Of a stretch of DNA of 64,000 bases, positions 43,316 to 53,710 are shown in pieces. The notes under the pieces are model-generated. The model did no database searches and was not told where the DNA came from. It was given only the letters and a program-made list of their open reading frames with translations. This stretch comes from an uncultured delta proteobacterium (GTDB lineage Bacteria; Myxococcota; Kuafuiibacteriia; Kuafuiibacteriales; Kuafuiibacteriaceae). Made by a program: the position numbers and the translations under genes. The first letter of the stretch is position 1, and every line of letters starts with the position of its first letter. The stretch covers positions 896,001 to 960,000 of the forward strand of contig CAWDML010000003.1 in assembly GCA_963803435.1 (NCBI GenBank), read 5' to 3'.

Positions 43316-43927
43316 GTGACCACGACCACACGCGAAAACCTCCTTCACGCGGCGACCCGGCTCATGCTGGAGCGAGGCTACAACGGGACCACGGTCGACG
43401 AGATCTGCAGCGCCGCCGGCACGACCAAAGGCGCTTTCTTCCACCACTTCAAGACGAAGGACGATCTCGGGCTGGCCACGCTCGACCGATACGCGGAGCG
43501 CATCTTCGCGGTGATGCGCGAAGGCGCGGACCGTCGCCCCCACGATCCGCTCGGCCGCGTGTTCGACTACGTGGAGACGCTCGGCGATCTCAGCCACGAG
43601 ACCGACCGAAAGCCCGCCTGCCTGCTCGCGATCGAGACGCTCGAGCTGGGCGCGGTGCACCCGGAGTTTCGCGCGCGCTGTGAGGGGCACTTCGAGACCT
43701 GGGCGCGCTACCTCGAGGACTTGCTCGAGGACGCGATCGCGTCAGCCTCACGTCCCGTTCCGGTGACAGCCCGCGAGCTTGCTGATCACCTGATCAGCGT
43801 CTTCGAGGGCGCGCTCCTGCTCGCGCGCGCACAGGCGGATGCCGCGGTGATCGGCCGGAGCCTCGCGCATTACCAGAGCTACCTTCGGATGATCCTCGGG
43901 GTCGCTACTGGGGAGCATGTATCCTGA
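43316..43927 (+). CDS. TetR/AcrR family transcriptional regulator (NemR-like)
   Basis: TTVDEICSAAGTTKGAFFHHFKTKDDL HTH; ACLL in the C-domain. Confidence 0.92.
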   Translation: MTTTTRENLLHAATRLMLERGYNGTTVDEICSAAGTTKGAFFHHFKTKDDLGLATLDRYAERIFAVMREGADRRPHDPLGRVFDYVETLGDLSHETDRKPACLLAIETLELGAVHPEFRARCEGHFETWARYLEDLLEDAIASASRPVPVTARELADHLISVFEGALLLARAQADAAVIGRSLAHYQSYLRMILGVATGEHVS

Positions 43928-44828
43928 ACCGAGCCAGCACGGGGCGGTGATCGGACACGAGCGCCTGGTACGCGGGCACGCTCTCGTCGAGGTGGAGCAC
44001 CTCGGTGGTCCCGTCGCCATACTCGTAGAGCGCGTCGGTGGTCACCAGGATGTGATCGATCAGCCCCGGGAACGGGATGTACGAGACGTCGTGGTTCATG
44101 GCGACGGGCGTGGTGAGGAAGTAGTAGAGCTCGGGTTGGTCGAGGTACACCTGGAACACGTTGTCGCCGGGCGCGTCGTCGATCGCGTCGTTGAAGTCGC
44201 CGACCACCACGAAATCCTTCTCGCTGCCCGACGCCATCCTTGACCGGATCCAGGCGTCGAGGGCCTCGTTGGCGGCGCGCCGCCGCTCGCGGCTGTCCGT
44301 ATCGACCTGCGCCTTGAGGTGCACGACCACCATCACGAAGTCGAACAGATCCCCGGCCGTCGAGGTGACGGTCACGCTCGCCTTCAGCGGCGGGCGAGGG
44401 AACGCATAGCCGTCACGGTCGAAGAGCGCCTCCACGTCGGTGACCGCCACCCGTTCCGGCCGATAGAGGAGGCCGACGCGCAGGAAGTTTCCCGGGTCGT
44501 CCACCTGGATGCCCACGTAGCCCGGAAGCTGGGCGGCGAAGCGCGTGAAGTCGGCCGGCACGGCGATCTCTTCCACACCGATCAGGTCGGGGGCCACCGA
44601 GAGCAGGATGTCGTGCACACGATTCGCGGTGGTGGCGGTCTTGGGAAAGTTCTCGAGGTTCCACGTCGCGATCGCGACCTCTCCGCTCAGCGGACCGTCG
44701 ATGTCGACGCCGGTGTCGCGCACGCCCGCGTCGTCCTCGTTCCCCGCGGCATCGTTCGGTCCGGCGTCCGGAACCCCCGACCGTGCACAGGCGTACGCGA
44801 GGAGCAGCAGCGGAGCGGCCTTGCGCAT
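43905..44828 (-). CDS. Endonuclease/exonuclease/phosphatase (DNase I-like) lipoprotein
   Basis: Lipobox-like AYAC, ATWNLE, GVEE, VHLKA, GDFND, IDHI, SDHRPV. Confidence 0.88.
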   Translation of the reverse strand: MRKAAPLLLLAYACARSGVPDAGPNDAAGNEDDAGVRDTGVDIDGPLSGEVAIATWNLENFPKTATTANRVHDILLSVAPDLIGVEEIAVPADFTRFAAQLPGYVGIQVDDPGNFLRVGLLYRPERVAVTDVEALFDRDGYAFPRPPLKASVTVTSTAGDLFDFVMVVVHLKAQVDTDSRERRRAANEALDAWIRSRMASGSEKDFVVVGDFNDAIDDAPGDNVFQVYLDQPELYYFLTTPVAMNHDVSYIPFPGLIDHILVTTDALYEYGDGTTEVLHLDESVPAYQALVSDHRPVLARFRIHAPQ

Positions 44829-44872
44829 CGGTGAGGAGTGGTTATCACCGGCGGAGGTCGCTTGACCGTCGG

Positions 44873-46330
44873 TCAGGTGGGGTCGTGCGGGAGGCTCCCC
44901 CGGGTGCTCCGCAGGTAGGCGAAGGGCGTGGTGTGGAGAAAGTTCGACACGCGCGAGAGGTAAACGTCGGCGTATCGCTCGACCTGTCGCGCGAGGTGGC
45001 TCTTGTCGTTTCCCGCGCGCAGAAGGAGGCCCCAGCTCCGGCTGGCGAGCTCCCCGGCGGAGCGTGCGAGCGGGCTGATGCGGCCGTCGAGCTCGGTCAG
45101 CTCGGTGCGGAGGGCGTTCAGGCGTTCGACGATGCGGTTCGCGTCGGCGTCGCTGTGGTGGTGGTTGATCCGCTGCAATGTCAACTTGAGTTGACACTGC
45201 TCCGCCTCCAGCTCCTCCTTGTCGTGCATCAAGCCCTCCAGATCCTGCTGCTCGGCGGCGAAGGAGGTGAGGGCGTCGAGCTCGCGCTCCAGCTCGCGGA
45301 GGATCAGGGCCGTGCGCCAGCGCTGAACCTTGTTGGACACGTGCAGGTCGCTGTAGATGTGGTCGCCCACGTATAGGATCTCGTCCCCCTCGACGCCCAG
45401 GAAGCGCTCGACGGCGTCGGCGGAGGCGCCGTAGAAGATGCTCCCCTCGGAGAGGCCCACGGCGGGGCGCAGCAGGCCGTCGTCCGTGACCACCTCCATG
45501 ATCGGGTTCTCGGTGGAGAAGAAGAGCGGCTTGCGCGCCCCCACGATCACCACGTCGAAGAGCGCGCGCCACCCGGTGCCCGCGGGGAGGTGAGGCTCGA
45601 AGGCGTACCGCATCATGGCGTCGGTGTAGATCCACTCGGAGTTGGTGATGAGGAGGATCCTCTTGCCCGACTCCTTCTGGTCGAGGAGCGCCAGCGGGGT
45701 CTCCGGATCGATCACGACGAACGTGTCCGGGTCCTCGATGATGTCCTGCTTCAGGCGGCCCTCCATGTGCGCATAGTCGAACGCGCTGCGGATCGTCGCG
45801 TAGAGATCTCGGTAGCCGTAGGGTCCCGAGAACGCTCCGGCGTCGAGCCGATCGACCAGCTGCGCGAAGAGGCAGGCCTCCGAGAGCGAGAAGAGCGTGT
45901 TCATGAACACGTAGCGGGGGTCCGCCAGCTCGACCATCGTGCGCGAGTACGCGCGGCGCAGATCTTCGAAGGGGATCGGGCGTGTTCCGTGCAGCGCACG
46001 GTTGACGTAGCCGAACCGGTTGGCCTTGAGGACGTTGCCGAGCTCGACGTCGATGATCAGCCCCCGGATCATCAGCTCCGGGTCGAACACCAGGCCCTCG
46101 ACCGGGAAGCCGCGCTCGCCCATCGCGCGCCGCACGTGCTCGTAGGCGTGCCGCTCCCACACCGCCACGACGTAGTGGATCAGCGTGTAGTCCATGTCGT
46201 AGCCGATCGCTTTGATGGCTCTCAGGTTGAGCGTCCGGTTGCAGAAGATTCGGCGCCGGGGGTCCACGGGGCCATTCGAGCCCACCGGGGACCGAGAGGA
46301 AAGCCTTGTGAACTCGAAGGCGTTCGTCAT
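44873..46330 (-). CDS. HAD-IG family 5'-nucleotidase (cN-II/NT5C2-like)
   Basis: IFCNRTL, GYDMDYTL, LITNS, ARKP, YVGDHIYSD, WRTALI, RYADVY. Confidence 0.92.
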   Translation of the reverse strand: MTNAFEFTRLSSRSPVGSNGPVDPRRRIFCNRTLNLRAIKAIGYDMDYTLIHYVVAVWERHAYEHVRRAMGERGFPVEGLVFDPELMIRGLIIDVELGNVLKANRFGYVNRALHGTRPIPFEDLRRAYSRTMVELADPRYVFMNTLFSLSEACLFAQLVDRLDAGAFSGPYGYRDLYATIRSAFDYAHMEGRLKQDIIEDPDTFVVIDPETPLALLDQKESGKRILLITNSEWIYTDAMMRYAFEPHLPAGTGWRALFDVVIVGARKPLFFSTENPIMEVVTDDGLLRPAVGLSEGSIFYGASADAVERFLGVEGDEILYVGDHIYSDLHVSNKVQRWRTALILRELERELDALTSFAAEQQDLEGLMHDKEELEAEQCQLKLTLQRINHHHSDADANRIVERLNALRTELTELDGRISPLARSAGELASRSWGLLLRAGNDKSHLARQVERYADVYLSRVSNFLHTTPFAYLRSTRGSLPHDPT

Positions 46331-46341
46331 ATGTCGGCTCG

Positions 46342-47427
46342 ATGCAGATTGCACGACGATTGGTCCCGCTCTTCCTTGCGGCAGGCCTCTTTGGTTGCCC
46401 GAAGAACGGGGACCAAGCCTCGCCGCCCAAGCCGCAGAACGATCCGCCGCCCGCAGGTACCCCGATGGCGGCCGGCGAGATGCGCCTGGATCCGGCCACG
46501 GTCATCGCCACCTGGAACGGGGCGCAGATGACCTACGGCGAGCTCTACGAGAAGCGAAAGTCCGTCTTCGGAAAGCTCAAGCTCAAGTACATGCAGGACC
46601 TCTACGCCGCTGAGCAGCGCGAGGTGGAGTCCTACGTGATCGAGCAGCTGGTCGAGGCCGCCGCCAAGGCCAAGGGCGAGACGCAGGAGCAGTACCTGGC
46701 GGCGATCGCGAACGTCGCCACCGTGAAGGACGACGACATCCTCAAGTTCTACGAGCAGCGGGTGAAGCAGACCGGGCAGCCGCTCGAAGCGGTCAAGCCG
46801 CGGATCGCGGCCTACCTCATGCAATCGGCGCAGCAGGAGGCCGTCCGGGCCGAGTTCCACCGCCTCAGCGAGGAGGCGAAGCTCCAGGTCACCGTGCCGC
46901 CGCCGGAGGGCGCCACGGCCACCTTCGACGTGGCGGGCCGCCCGATGAAGGGCAAGGCGGACGCGAAGATCAAGATCGTGGAGTTCTCAGACTTCCAGTG
47001 TCCGTTCTGCGAGCGGGCGCGCGCCGACATCGGCAAGGTGGTCGCGGCCTTCCCGAACGACGTCGCGTTCTACTTCCTCCAGTTCCCGCTCGACATGCAT
47101 CCGAACGCGCACATCGCGGCGATCGCCTCCGAGTGCGCGAATCGCCAGGGCAAGTTCTGGGAGATGCACGACAAGCTCTTCGACAACCAGCAGAGCCTGT
47201 CGCCCGAGAGCATCGAGCAGTTCGCGCAGCAGGTCGGCCTCGACATGGAGAAGTACAAGGCGTGCAAGGACGATCCGGAGGTCGCCCAGCGGGTGGCCGC
47301 CGATCAGGCGCAGGGCGAGGGTGCCGGCGTCGAAGGGACCCCGTCGTTCTTCGTCAACGGGATCCAGTTCACGAAGGGTGTCCCCAGCGAGGACGACATC
47401 CGCGCGCTCGTCGGCAAGAGTGGATGA
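46342..47427 (+). CDS. DsbA/thioredoxin-like lipoprotein
   Basis: Lipobox [30 protein letters not shown]. Confidence 0.9.
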   Translation: MQIARRLVPLFLAAGLFGCPKNGDQASPPKPQNDPPPAGTPMAAGEMRLDPATVIATWNGAQMTYGELYEKRKSVFGKLKLKYMQDLYAAEQREVESYVIEQLVEAAAKAKGETQEQYLAAIANVATVKDDDILKFYEQRVKQTGQPLEAVKPRIAAYLMQSAQQEAVRAEFHRLSEEAKLQVTVPPPEGATATFDVAGRPMKGKADAKIKIVEFSDFQCPFCERARADIGKVVAAFPNDVAFYFLQFPLDMHPNAHIAAIASECANRQGKFWEMHDKLFDNQQSLSPESIEQFAQQVGLDMEKYKACKDDPEVAQRVAADQAQGEGAGVEGTPSFFVNGIQFTKGVPSEDDIRALVGKSG

Positions 47428-47876
47428 AGCTCGAGATCAACGGCCGGTTGCGGGAGGTCGCCTCCCCGCCCGGAACACCGTTGCTCTGGGTGCTCCGGGA
47501 AGAGCTGCAGCTCACCGGGACGAAGTTCGGGTGCGGGCGCGCGCTCTGCGGCGCCTGTACGGTCCACCTCGACGGCGCCGCCGTCCGCTCCTGCCTCCTG
47601 CCCGTGGAGGGCTGTGAAGGCACCAAGATCACCACCATCGAGGGGCTCTCCAGCCCGAAGCTTCACGTGCTCCAGGAGGCCTGGATCTCCGAGAGCGTCC
47701 CGCAGTGCGGGTACTGTCAGAGCGGGCAGATCATGACCGCGGCGGCGCTCTTGGCCGAAAACGCGCATCCCTCGACCGAAGAGATCGACGCCGCCATGTC
47801 GGGCAACATCTGTCGTTGCGGGACGTATCTCCGGATCCGCCGCGCGATCCGGCGCGCCTCCGAGAGCACGGGATGA
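47424..47876 (+). CDS. (2Fe-2S)-binding subunit of an IorA/xanthine-dehydrogenase-family oxidoreductase
   Basis: [32 protein letters not shown]. Confidence 0.95.
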   Translation: MKLEINGRLREVASPPGTPLLWVLREELQLTGTKFGCGRALCGACTVHLDGAAVRSCLLPVEGCEGTKITTIEGLSSPKLHVLQEAWISESVPQCGYCQSGQIMTAAALLAENAHPSTEEIDAAMSGNICRCGTYLRIRRAIRRASESTG

Positions 47877-50056
47877 TCCCACCGAGGACCCGCCGCCAGC
47901 TCCTCCGCGACGTCGCGGCCGCCGGCGCCGGTCTGGTGATCGCGGTCCATCTGCCGGGTTGTATCAGCGGGCCCCGCGTCAACAGCGCCGGAGACTTCGT
48001 CCCGAACGCCTGGCTGCGCATCACGCCCGAGAGCCGGGTCGTCTTCATCCTCGATCGCGTCGAGATGGGTCAGGGCGTGATGACCTCGCACAGCGCGATC
48101 ATCGCGGAGGAGCTGGGGCTCGAGCCGTCGGATCTCGAGGTGGAGTTCGCCGAGGCGGATCGCAAGTACGATAACCCGGAGTTCGGCTTCCAGCTCACCG
48201 GTGGGAGCACCAGCGTGCACTCGTCCTGGGAGCCGCTGCGGCAGGCGGGTGCCGCGGCGCGCGAGGCGCTGATCAGCGCCGCCGCGGAGATCTGGGGCGT
48301 CGCCGAGGACACGTGCACGCTCGGCCGCGGCGAGGTCCTCCACCGAGAGACCGGCCGCAAGCTGTCCTTCGGCCGGTGTGCCGGCGATGCCGCGCGCCAC
48401 CTCGAGGGCGGCACCCCGGTCCCTCCGGAGCGATTCCGCGTGATCGGCCAGCCCATCCCGCGCCTCGACGCTGCCGCCAAGTCGACCGGCAAGGCCGGCT
48501 TCGGGATCGACGTCCGGATCCCCGGGATGCTCACCGCGGTGGTGATCCGCGGTCCCGTGACGCTGTCGAAGACGCTGCGCTCGTTCGACGGCGCCGAGGC
48601 GGAGAAGATGAACGGCGTCTCCAAGGTGCTCGAGATCCCGGGCGGCGTCGCGGTGGTCGCCGACTCCTACTGGCGGGCGCGCCAGGCGGCCGAGAAGGTG
48701 AAGGTCGAGTGGGAGAAGAGCGATCTCTCGAGCGACTCGATCCGCGCGCTGTTCCGCGCGCGCGCCGAGAAGCCGGGCAGGGTCGTGACCAAGGTGGGCT
48801 GGTTCGAGAAGGCCTTCGAGAAGGCGGAGAAGCGCGCGCAGGGCGTGTACGAGTTCCCGTACCTGGCGCACGCCACCATGGAGCCGCAGAACTGTACCGC
48901 CCACGTCCGCGCGGACGGTTGTGAGGTGTGGGCGCCCACCCAATCGCCGGGCGCCGCGCGGCTGCTGGCCTCCCAGATCACCGGGCTCGATCTGGAGCGC
49001 GTGAAGGTCGAGACGACGTTCCTCGGTGGAGGCTTCGGGCGGCGGATCGGGATCGACTACGTGGCCGAGGCGGTGCACCTCTCGAAGGCGATGGGCGCCC
49101 CGGTGCAGGTGATCTGGTCGCGCGAGGACGACGTCAGGCACGACATCTACCGTCCGGGCAGCTTTCACCTGGCCCGGGCCGGGATCACGGACGGGCGGGT
49201 CGCCGGATGGTTCCACCGGATCGTGGGGCCCTCGATCCTCTCCCGCGTGGCGCCGGAGTTCGCCGCCAACATCGCGAGCGGATGGACCAGCTCGCTCGGC
49301 TCGCTGGCCGGCAAGATAGCGAGCGGCCTGTACGAGGGTAGCCTGATCGATCAGACGTCGGTGGAGGGTGCCGCCGAGCTGCCGTACGCGATCGACGACG
49401 TGCGGGTCGAATACGCCTGGGCCGATCCGGGCGTGCCGATCGGGTTCTGGCGCTCGGTCGGACACAGCTACAACGCGTTCGTGGTGGAGACGATGATCGA
49501 CGAGCTCGCCACCACCGCCGGGGTCGATCCGGTGGACCTGCGGGTGCGGCTCCTCTCGAGGGCTCCCCGAAATCGAGCGGTGCTCGAGCTGGCCGCCGAG
49601 AAGGCGGGCTGGGGTGGGCCGCTGCCGGCCGGGCGGTTCCGCGGGATCGCGCAGCATGCGAGCTTCGGGAGCTACGCGGCCGAGGTCGCCGAGGTCTCGG
49701 TGAGCGAGGGACGGATCCGCGTGCACAAGGTGGTCGCGGCGCTCGACTGCGGCCGCGCCGTGAATCCGGCGATCGTGGCGATGCAGGTGGAGAGCGCGAT
49801 CGTGTACGGGCTCTCGGCCGCGCTCTTCGGCGAGATCGGCTTCGCGGAAGGCTATGTCATGCAGGGCAACTTCGACGACTATCCAGTGCTCCGCATGGAC
49901 CAGATGCCGGAGGTCGAGGTGCACCTGATCCAAAGCGGCGAGGCACCCTCCGGCGTAGGCGAGCCCGGCGTGCCGCCGATCGCGCCGGCGGTGGCCAACG
50001 CGCTGTTCGCGGCCACCGGTACGCGCCACCGCAGGCTCCCGCTCCGCCTCGGGTGA
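47873..50056 (+). CDS. Molybdopterin-binding subunit (IorB-like), Tat signal
   Basis: TRRQLL Tat motif, EMGQG, TGGSTS, HATMEP, GGGFGRR, WRSVG, GVGEPG. Confidence 0.93.
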   Translation: MIPPRTRRQLLRDVAAAGAGLVIAVHLPGCISGPRVNSAGDFVPNAWLRITPESRVVFILDRVEMGQGVMTSHSAIIAEELGLEPSDLEVEFAEADRKYDNPEFGFQLTGGSTSVHSSWEPLRQAGAAAREALISAAAEIWGVAEDTCTLGRGEVLHRETGRKLSFGRCAGDAARHLEGGTPVPPERFRVIGQPIPRLDAAAKSTGKAGFGIDVRIPGMLTAVVIRGPVTLSKTLRSFDGAEAEKMNGVSKVLEIPGGVAVVADSYWRARQAAEKVKVEWEKSDLSSDSIRALFRARAEKPGRVVTKVGWFEKAFEKAEKRAQGVYEFPYLAHATMEPQNCTAHVRADGCEVWAPTQSPGAARLLASQITGLDLERVKVETTFLGGGFGRRIGIDYVAEAVHLSKAMGAPVQVIWSREDDVRHDIYRPGSFHLARAGITDGRVAGWFHRIVGPSILSRVAPEFAANIASGWTSSLGSLAGKIASGLYEGSLIDQTSVEGAAELPYAIDDVRVEYAWADPGVPIGFWRSVGHSYNAFVVETMIDELATTAGVDPVDLRVRLLSRAPRNRAVLELAAEKAGWGGPLPAGRFRGIAQHASFGSYAAEVAEVSVSEGRIRVHKVVAALDCGRAVNPAIVAMQVESAIVYGLSAALFGEIGFAEGYVMQGNFDDYPVLRMDQMPEVEVHLIQSGEAPSGVGEPGVPPIAPAVANALFAATGTRHRRLPLRLG

Positions 50057-50058
50057 GC

Positions 50059-50766
50059 TCAGCCGTCGAGGAGCTTCGCGATCACCTCCGGCGCCTCGAG
50101 CACCGGGTTGTGTCCGGCGCCGGGGACGACCTCGCGCCGCGCTTGGGGCAAGGCAGCCTGCATACGCTCGGCGATCGCGGTAAACTTGGTGTCGAGCTCA
50201 CCGGTCACCAGGAGAATCGGACAGCGGACCTCGGCCAGACGCGGCCGATAGTCGGGCATCTCGGCGAGACCCATCTGTCGGAGAGCGTCCGCAAGTTGTC
50301 TTGCATTGTGGTTGCGCGCGATCTCCTGCTGCTCCGAGCGGACCGGCTCGGGCAGGCCTCGCTGGCTCGCGAAGAGCGGCTGGGCGCGCCACGCCTCCAG
50401 GAACGGCTCGATCCCCTCGTCCTCGAGGCTTCGGATCCACCGCTGGTCGGCGTCGCGTCGTGCGGCGCGCTCGGCGTCGTCGATCCCTGGATTGACGCCG
50501 ATCAGGATCAGTCCCGCCACGCGATCGGAGTGCTCGATCGCGGTCGCCAGCGCGACGCGGGCGCCGAGCGAGTAGCCTGCCAGGACCTCGGGCCGATCGA
50601 TGCGGCCCGCGATCCGCGCGACGGCGCCGAGGAACCCCTCCCCGGGCTGCGCCGGCGCGTCGGGTGCGTGGCCCGGCAGCGGGGGCGCCGTGGTCGCGCG
50701 CGCCAGCATTCCGCGCAGGCGTCGCCAGCTCGCGGGCGCGCCGGTGAAGCCGTGGAGGAGGATCAT
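50059..50766 (-). CDS. menH: MenH-like alpha/beta hydrolase (SHCHC synthase family)
   Basis: LHGFTG, GYSLGARVA, RRDAD, QPLF, GELDTKF, GHN. No other men genes adjacent. Confidence 0.78.
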   Translation of the reverse strand: MILLHGFTGAPASWRRLRGMLARATTAPPLPGHAPDAPAQPGEGFLGAVARIAGRIDRPEVLAGYSLGARVALATAIEHSDRVAGLILIGVNPGIDDAERAARRDADQRWIRSLEDEGIEPFLEAWRAQPLFASQRGLPEPVRSEQQEIARNHNARQLADALRQMGLAEMPDYRPRLAEVRCPILLVTGELDTKFTAIAERMQAALPQARREVVPGAGHNPVLEAPEVIAKLLDG

Positions 50767-51125
50767 TCGATCGTGTGTCCCAGCCGCCGGAGGCCGACTG
50801 CAGTGACGACCCAGGTCCAGGACAGGAGCGTGAAGGCGAGGATCGGCGGCGCCATCGATTCGCCGATCCCCTGCATCACGATCAGGTGGAGGTCGGGGCT
50901 CTTGGCCCACTCTGGCGTCGCCGGGACCTTGTGCATGACCGCGCCGATGTCGAGGAAGAGGCCGCTCAACGCGGAGAAGACCGTCGCCACCGTCATGGCG
51001 CGGATGAAGCTGATCTTCCGCTCGTCGGGCCGGTACGCGAACAGGCCGGCGGCGACCAGGGTGATCAGGCTGAGGAGCAGCACCACCCACATCGCCCAGC
51101 CGCCTTCGAGCATGAAGTTCATCAT
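50763..51125 (-). CDS. Small 3-TM MotA/TolQ/ExbB-like membrane protein
   Basis: FMLEGGWAMW N-terminus, three hydrophobic helices, GIGESM. Confidence 0.6.
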   Translation of the reverse strand: MMNFMLEGGWAMWVVLLLSLITLVAAGLFAYRPDERKISFIRAMTVATVFSALSGLFLDIGAVMHKVPATPEWAKSPDLHLIVMQGIGESMAPPILAFTLLSWTWVVTAVGLRRLGHTIE

Positions 51126-51135
51126 CGCCAGTGCT

Positions 51136-51198
51136 AACGCATGCGCCGGAGGAACGTGACGGGAAAGTTCCTTGTCACGGAGTCGGGGTGGGGACGTT
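51136..51198. promoter_or_regulatory. Pair of divergent ECF-type promoters GTCAC-N16-CGTT
   Basis: Plus strand: GTCAC 51174-51178, 16 nt, CGTT 51195-51198. Minus strand: GTCAC 51160-51156, 16 nt, CGTT 51139-51136. Confidence 0.75.
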
Positions 51199-51211
51199 GA
51201 AGCAGGGCGGC

Positions 51212-51760
51212 GTGGACGACCGGGAGCTGGTGGCCGCGCTCCGGCGCGGGGAGGCGGCGGCGTTCGACGTGGCCTATGACCGGCACCGCCCCCGGCTCTT
51301 CGGCTTTCTGGCGCGGTTGGCGGGCCGGCGGGACGTGGCCGAGGACCTGCTCCAGGAGACGTTTCTCCGGTTGGCTGCCCGCGCGACCGCGCTGGCGGAG
51401 GAGACGAACCTGAAGGCTTGGCTGTTCGCGGTGGCCCGCAACCTCTTCATCAGCCATCACCGGGCGCTGGTGGTGGACCTCGATCGGCTGGAGCGGTTCC
51501 GCCTGTTCCGCCGCGATCACGGCCCCACGGCGACGACGCCCTTCGAGGCGCTGGCGGGCTCCGAGACCGAGCGTCGGCTGGAGGCGGCGCTGGCCGCCCT
51601 GCCGCAGAAGTACCGGGAGGTGGTGCTCTTGATCGGCGTGGAGCGGATGAACCCGGCGGAGGCGGCGACGATCCTGCGCCTCAAGCCGGACGCGGTGCGG
51701 CAGCGTTTGTCCCGCGCCCGTGGCATGATGAAGAAGACCCTCGAGGGCACGGACCCATGA
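51212..51760 (+). CDS. ECF RNA polymerase sigma factor
   Basis: AEDLLQETF, AWLFAVARN (sigma2); LP..YREV...AVRQRLSRAR (sigma4). Start could be a few codons upstream. Confidence 0.92.
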   Translation: MDDRELVAALRRGEAAAFDVAYDRHRPRLFGFLARLAGRRDVAEDLLQETFLRLAARATALAEETNLKAWLFAVARNLFISHHRALVVDLDRLERFRLFRRDHGPTATTPFEALAGSETERRLEAALAALPQKYREVVLLIGVERMNPAEAATILRLKPDAVRQRLSRARGMMKKTLEGTDP

Positions 51761-52029
51761 CCGAGCCGCACGACCAGGATGCTTCGACCGAGGATGCGCT
51801 GATGCAGCAGCTCGCCGAGCTTCCCTCCGGTGACGTCGACGTATGGCGGGTCGAGCGGATCCGCGCCGGTGCCCATCGGGTGATGCGGCGCGAGGCGGAC
51901 GGCGTGTCGCGGTGGCTGGATCGGTTGGAGCGGATCTACGCGCGGACGCTGGAGCCGCTGGTGGTCTTCGGCGTGGGGAGCCTGTACGTGATCGCGGTGA
52001 TCCGCTCGGTGATCGACATTCTCAGCTGA
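51757..52029 (+). CDS. Putative small anti-sigma factor, single C-terminal TM
   Basis: ATGA overlap with the ECF stop; 90 aa with one TM. Confidence 0.65.
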   Translation: MTEPHDQDASTEDALMQQLAELPSGDVDVWRVERIRAGAHRVMRREADGVSRWLDRLERIYARTLEPLVVFGVGSLYVIAVIRSVIDILS

Positions 52030-52041
52030 GCGCTGGGGCGT

Positions 52042-52944
52042 TCACGCGGCCAGCCGCTCGAGCTCGGGCTCGGACTTCGTCTCTTCCGACGGCTCCGGTG
52101 CATGGCGGCGGGCGCGACCCTCCTTCGCCCACTCGGGGACGTCGCGGAGGTCCCAGACCAGACCGACCCACGAGAGCGCCTTGAGGCCGTAGTAGCTCAG
52201 GTCGATCTCCCACCAGAAGAAGCCTTGCTTGGCGCTGTGCGCGTAGTGGTGGTGGTTGTTGTGCCAGCCCTCGCCCAGCGTCAGCAGCGCCAGCACCAGC
52301 GAGTTCTTGCTGTCGTCGGTGGTCTGGTAGCGGCGGCGCCCGATCAGATGTGTCAGCGAGTTGATGCAGAAGGTAGCGTGCCACAGCGCGACGATCGGGA
52401 CGATCACACCCCAGATCACGAGACCGCCGCCGCCGATGAAGTAGTAGACGAAGCCGAGGACGATCGCCGGCACCAGGTAGTGCTCGTTGAGCCACCGCAG
52501 CTCGGGATACTTCGCGAGGTCGCGGATCTTGTCCCAGCGCGTCTCGTTGTAGTCGCGGGCGAGGATCCAGCCGACGTGCGACCACCACAGGCCGCGCTGC
52601 GCAGGCGAGTGGAGATCTTCGGGCTGATCGGAGTGCTTGTGGTGGTGCCGGTGATGCGCCGCCCACCAGAGGACCCCCTTCTGCGCGGTGAGCGTACCGA
52701 GCAGCGCCATGACGAATTGGAACACGCGGCTCGTCTTGTAGGTCCGATGCGAGAAGTAGCGGTGGTAGCCCGCGGTCACTCCGAACATGCCGAGCAGGTA
52801 GGAGACCGAGAAAAGGATGATCCGACCGATCGTGAGGTCGGTGACGATCAGACCCGCGAGCGCGACCAAATGAACGATCACGAAGGGCAGCACAGCGATG
52901 CTGTAGCGCGGTGAGGTGGGGCTCGTGTTGGCTTCGCTTTCCAC
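52042..52944 (-). CDS. Acyl-CoA / delta-9 fatty acid desaturase
   Basis: His boxes HRYFSH, HRHHH, HNNHH; GEGWHN, WWEID. Confidence 0.94.
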   Translation of the reverse strand: MESEANTSPTSPRYSIAVLPFVIVHLVALAGLIVTDLTIGRIILFSVSYLLGMFGVTAGYHRYFSHRTYKTSRVFQFVMALLGTLTAQKGVLWWAAHHRHHHKHSDQPEDLHSPAQRGLWWSHVGWILARDYNETRWDKIRDLAKYPELRWLNEHYLVPAIVLGFVYYFIGGGGLVIWGVIVPIVALWHATFCINSLTHLIGRRRYQTTDDSKNSLVLALLTLGEGWHNNHHHYAHSAKQGFFWWEIDLSYYGLKALSWVGLVWDLRDVPEWAKEGRARRHAPEPSEETKSEPELERLAA

Positions 52945-53017
52945 GACTGAGGAGAGCCTAAGCGGCCGATGTCATGACCAAGTCACGAGGCCGTGAGAAA
53001 GAGGCGAAGGGAAAACG

Positions 53018-53710
53018 TCAGGGGACAAACCGGTAACCGAAGCCGCGGACGGTCTGGATGTGCCGGGGCGAGTCGGGCTCGTCTTCCACCTTCTGGCGCA
53101 AGCGCAGGACGAAATTGTCGACCGTCCGCTCGGTCCCTTCGTAATCGTCGCCCCACACGCTCTGGAGGATCTGGTTGCGCGTGACCACGCGGTCCTTGCC
53201 CCGGGCGAGGTAGAGGAGCAGCTCGTATTCGCGGAAGGTGAGCTCGACCGGCTCCCCGCGCTTGGTGACGCGCCGGGTGGCGGTGTCGATGAAGACGTCG
53301 CCGAAGGCGATGGTGTGCTGCCGCCCCGGTCCAGAGGGCAGGCGCGCGCGGCGGAGCGCCGCGTTGATGCGGGCCAGGAGCTCGGGGAGGGCGAACGGCT
53401 TGGTGACGTAGTCGTCGGCGCCCAGCTGGAGACCGGAGACCTTGTCGCCCTGGTGATCTTTTGCGGTCAGGATCAGGACGGGGACGCGCACGTCCGTCTT
53501 TCGGATCTCGGAGAGGACCTCGAACCCGTCCTTCTCGGGGAGCATCACGTCGAGCAGGATCAGATCGGGGTGGTTCCGCTGGTGCTGCTCGATGCCGAGG
53601 CGGCCGTCGCGCGCCACCAGCACGTCGTACCCCTCGAGCTCGAGGTTGAGCTGCAGGCCGTTGAGGATCGACTCGTCGTCCTCGACGATCAGGACCTTCG
53701 CCTTACCCAT
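53018..53710 (-). CDS. OmpR/PhoB-family response regulator
   Basis: IVEDD, LDVMLP, GADDYVTKPF, winged-helix RTVDN...TVRGFGY. Confidence 0.95.
   Translation of the reverse strand: MGKAKVLIVEDDESILNGLQLNLELEGYDVLVARDGRLGIEQHQRNHPDLILLDVMLPEKDGFEVLSEIRKTDVRVPVLILTAKDHQGDKVSGLQLGADDYVTKPFALPELLARINAALRRARLPSGPGRQHTIAFGDVFIDTATRRVTKRGEPVELTFREYELLLYLARGKDRVVTRNQILQSVWGDDYEGTERTVDNFVLRLRQKVEDEPDSPRHIQTVRGFGYRFVP

Noticed and set aside
46342-50056. DsbA-IorAB operon as a novel system
   Set aside because: IorAB-type pairs are common. The coupling to DsbA is only an ATGA overlap with no further support.
50763-51125. Zorya, flagellar or Ton motor system
   Set aside because: No MotB/ExbD/ZorB partner nearby, and the protein is only 120 aa.
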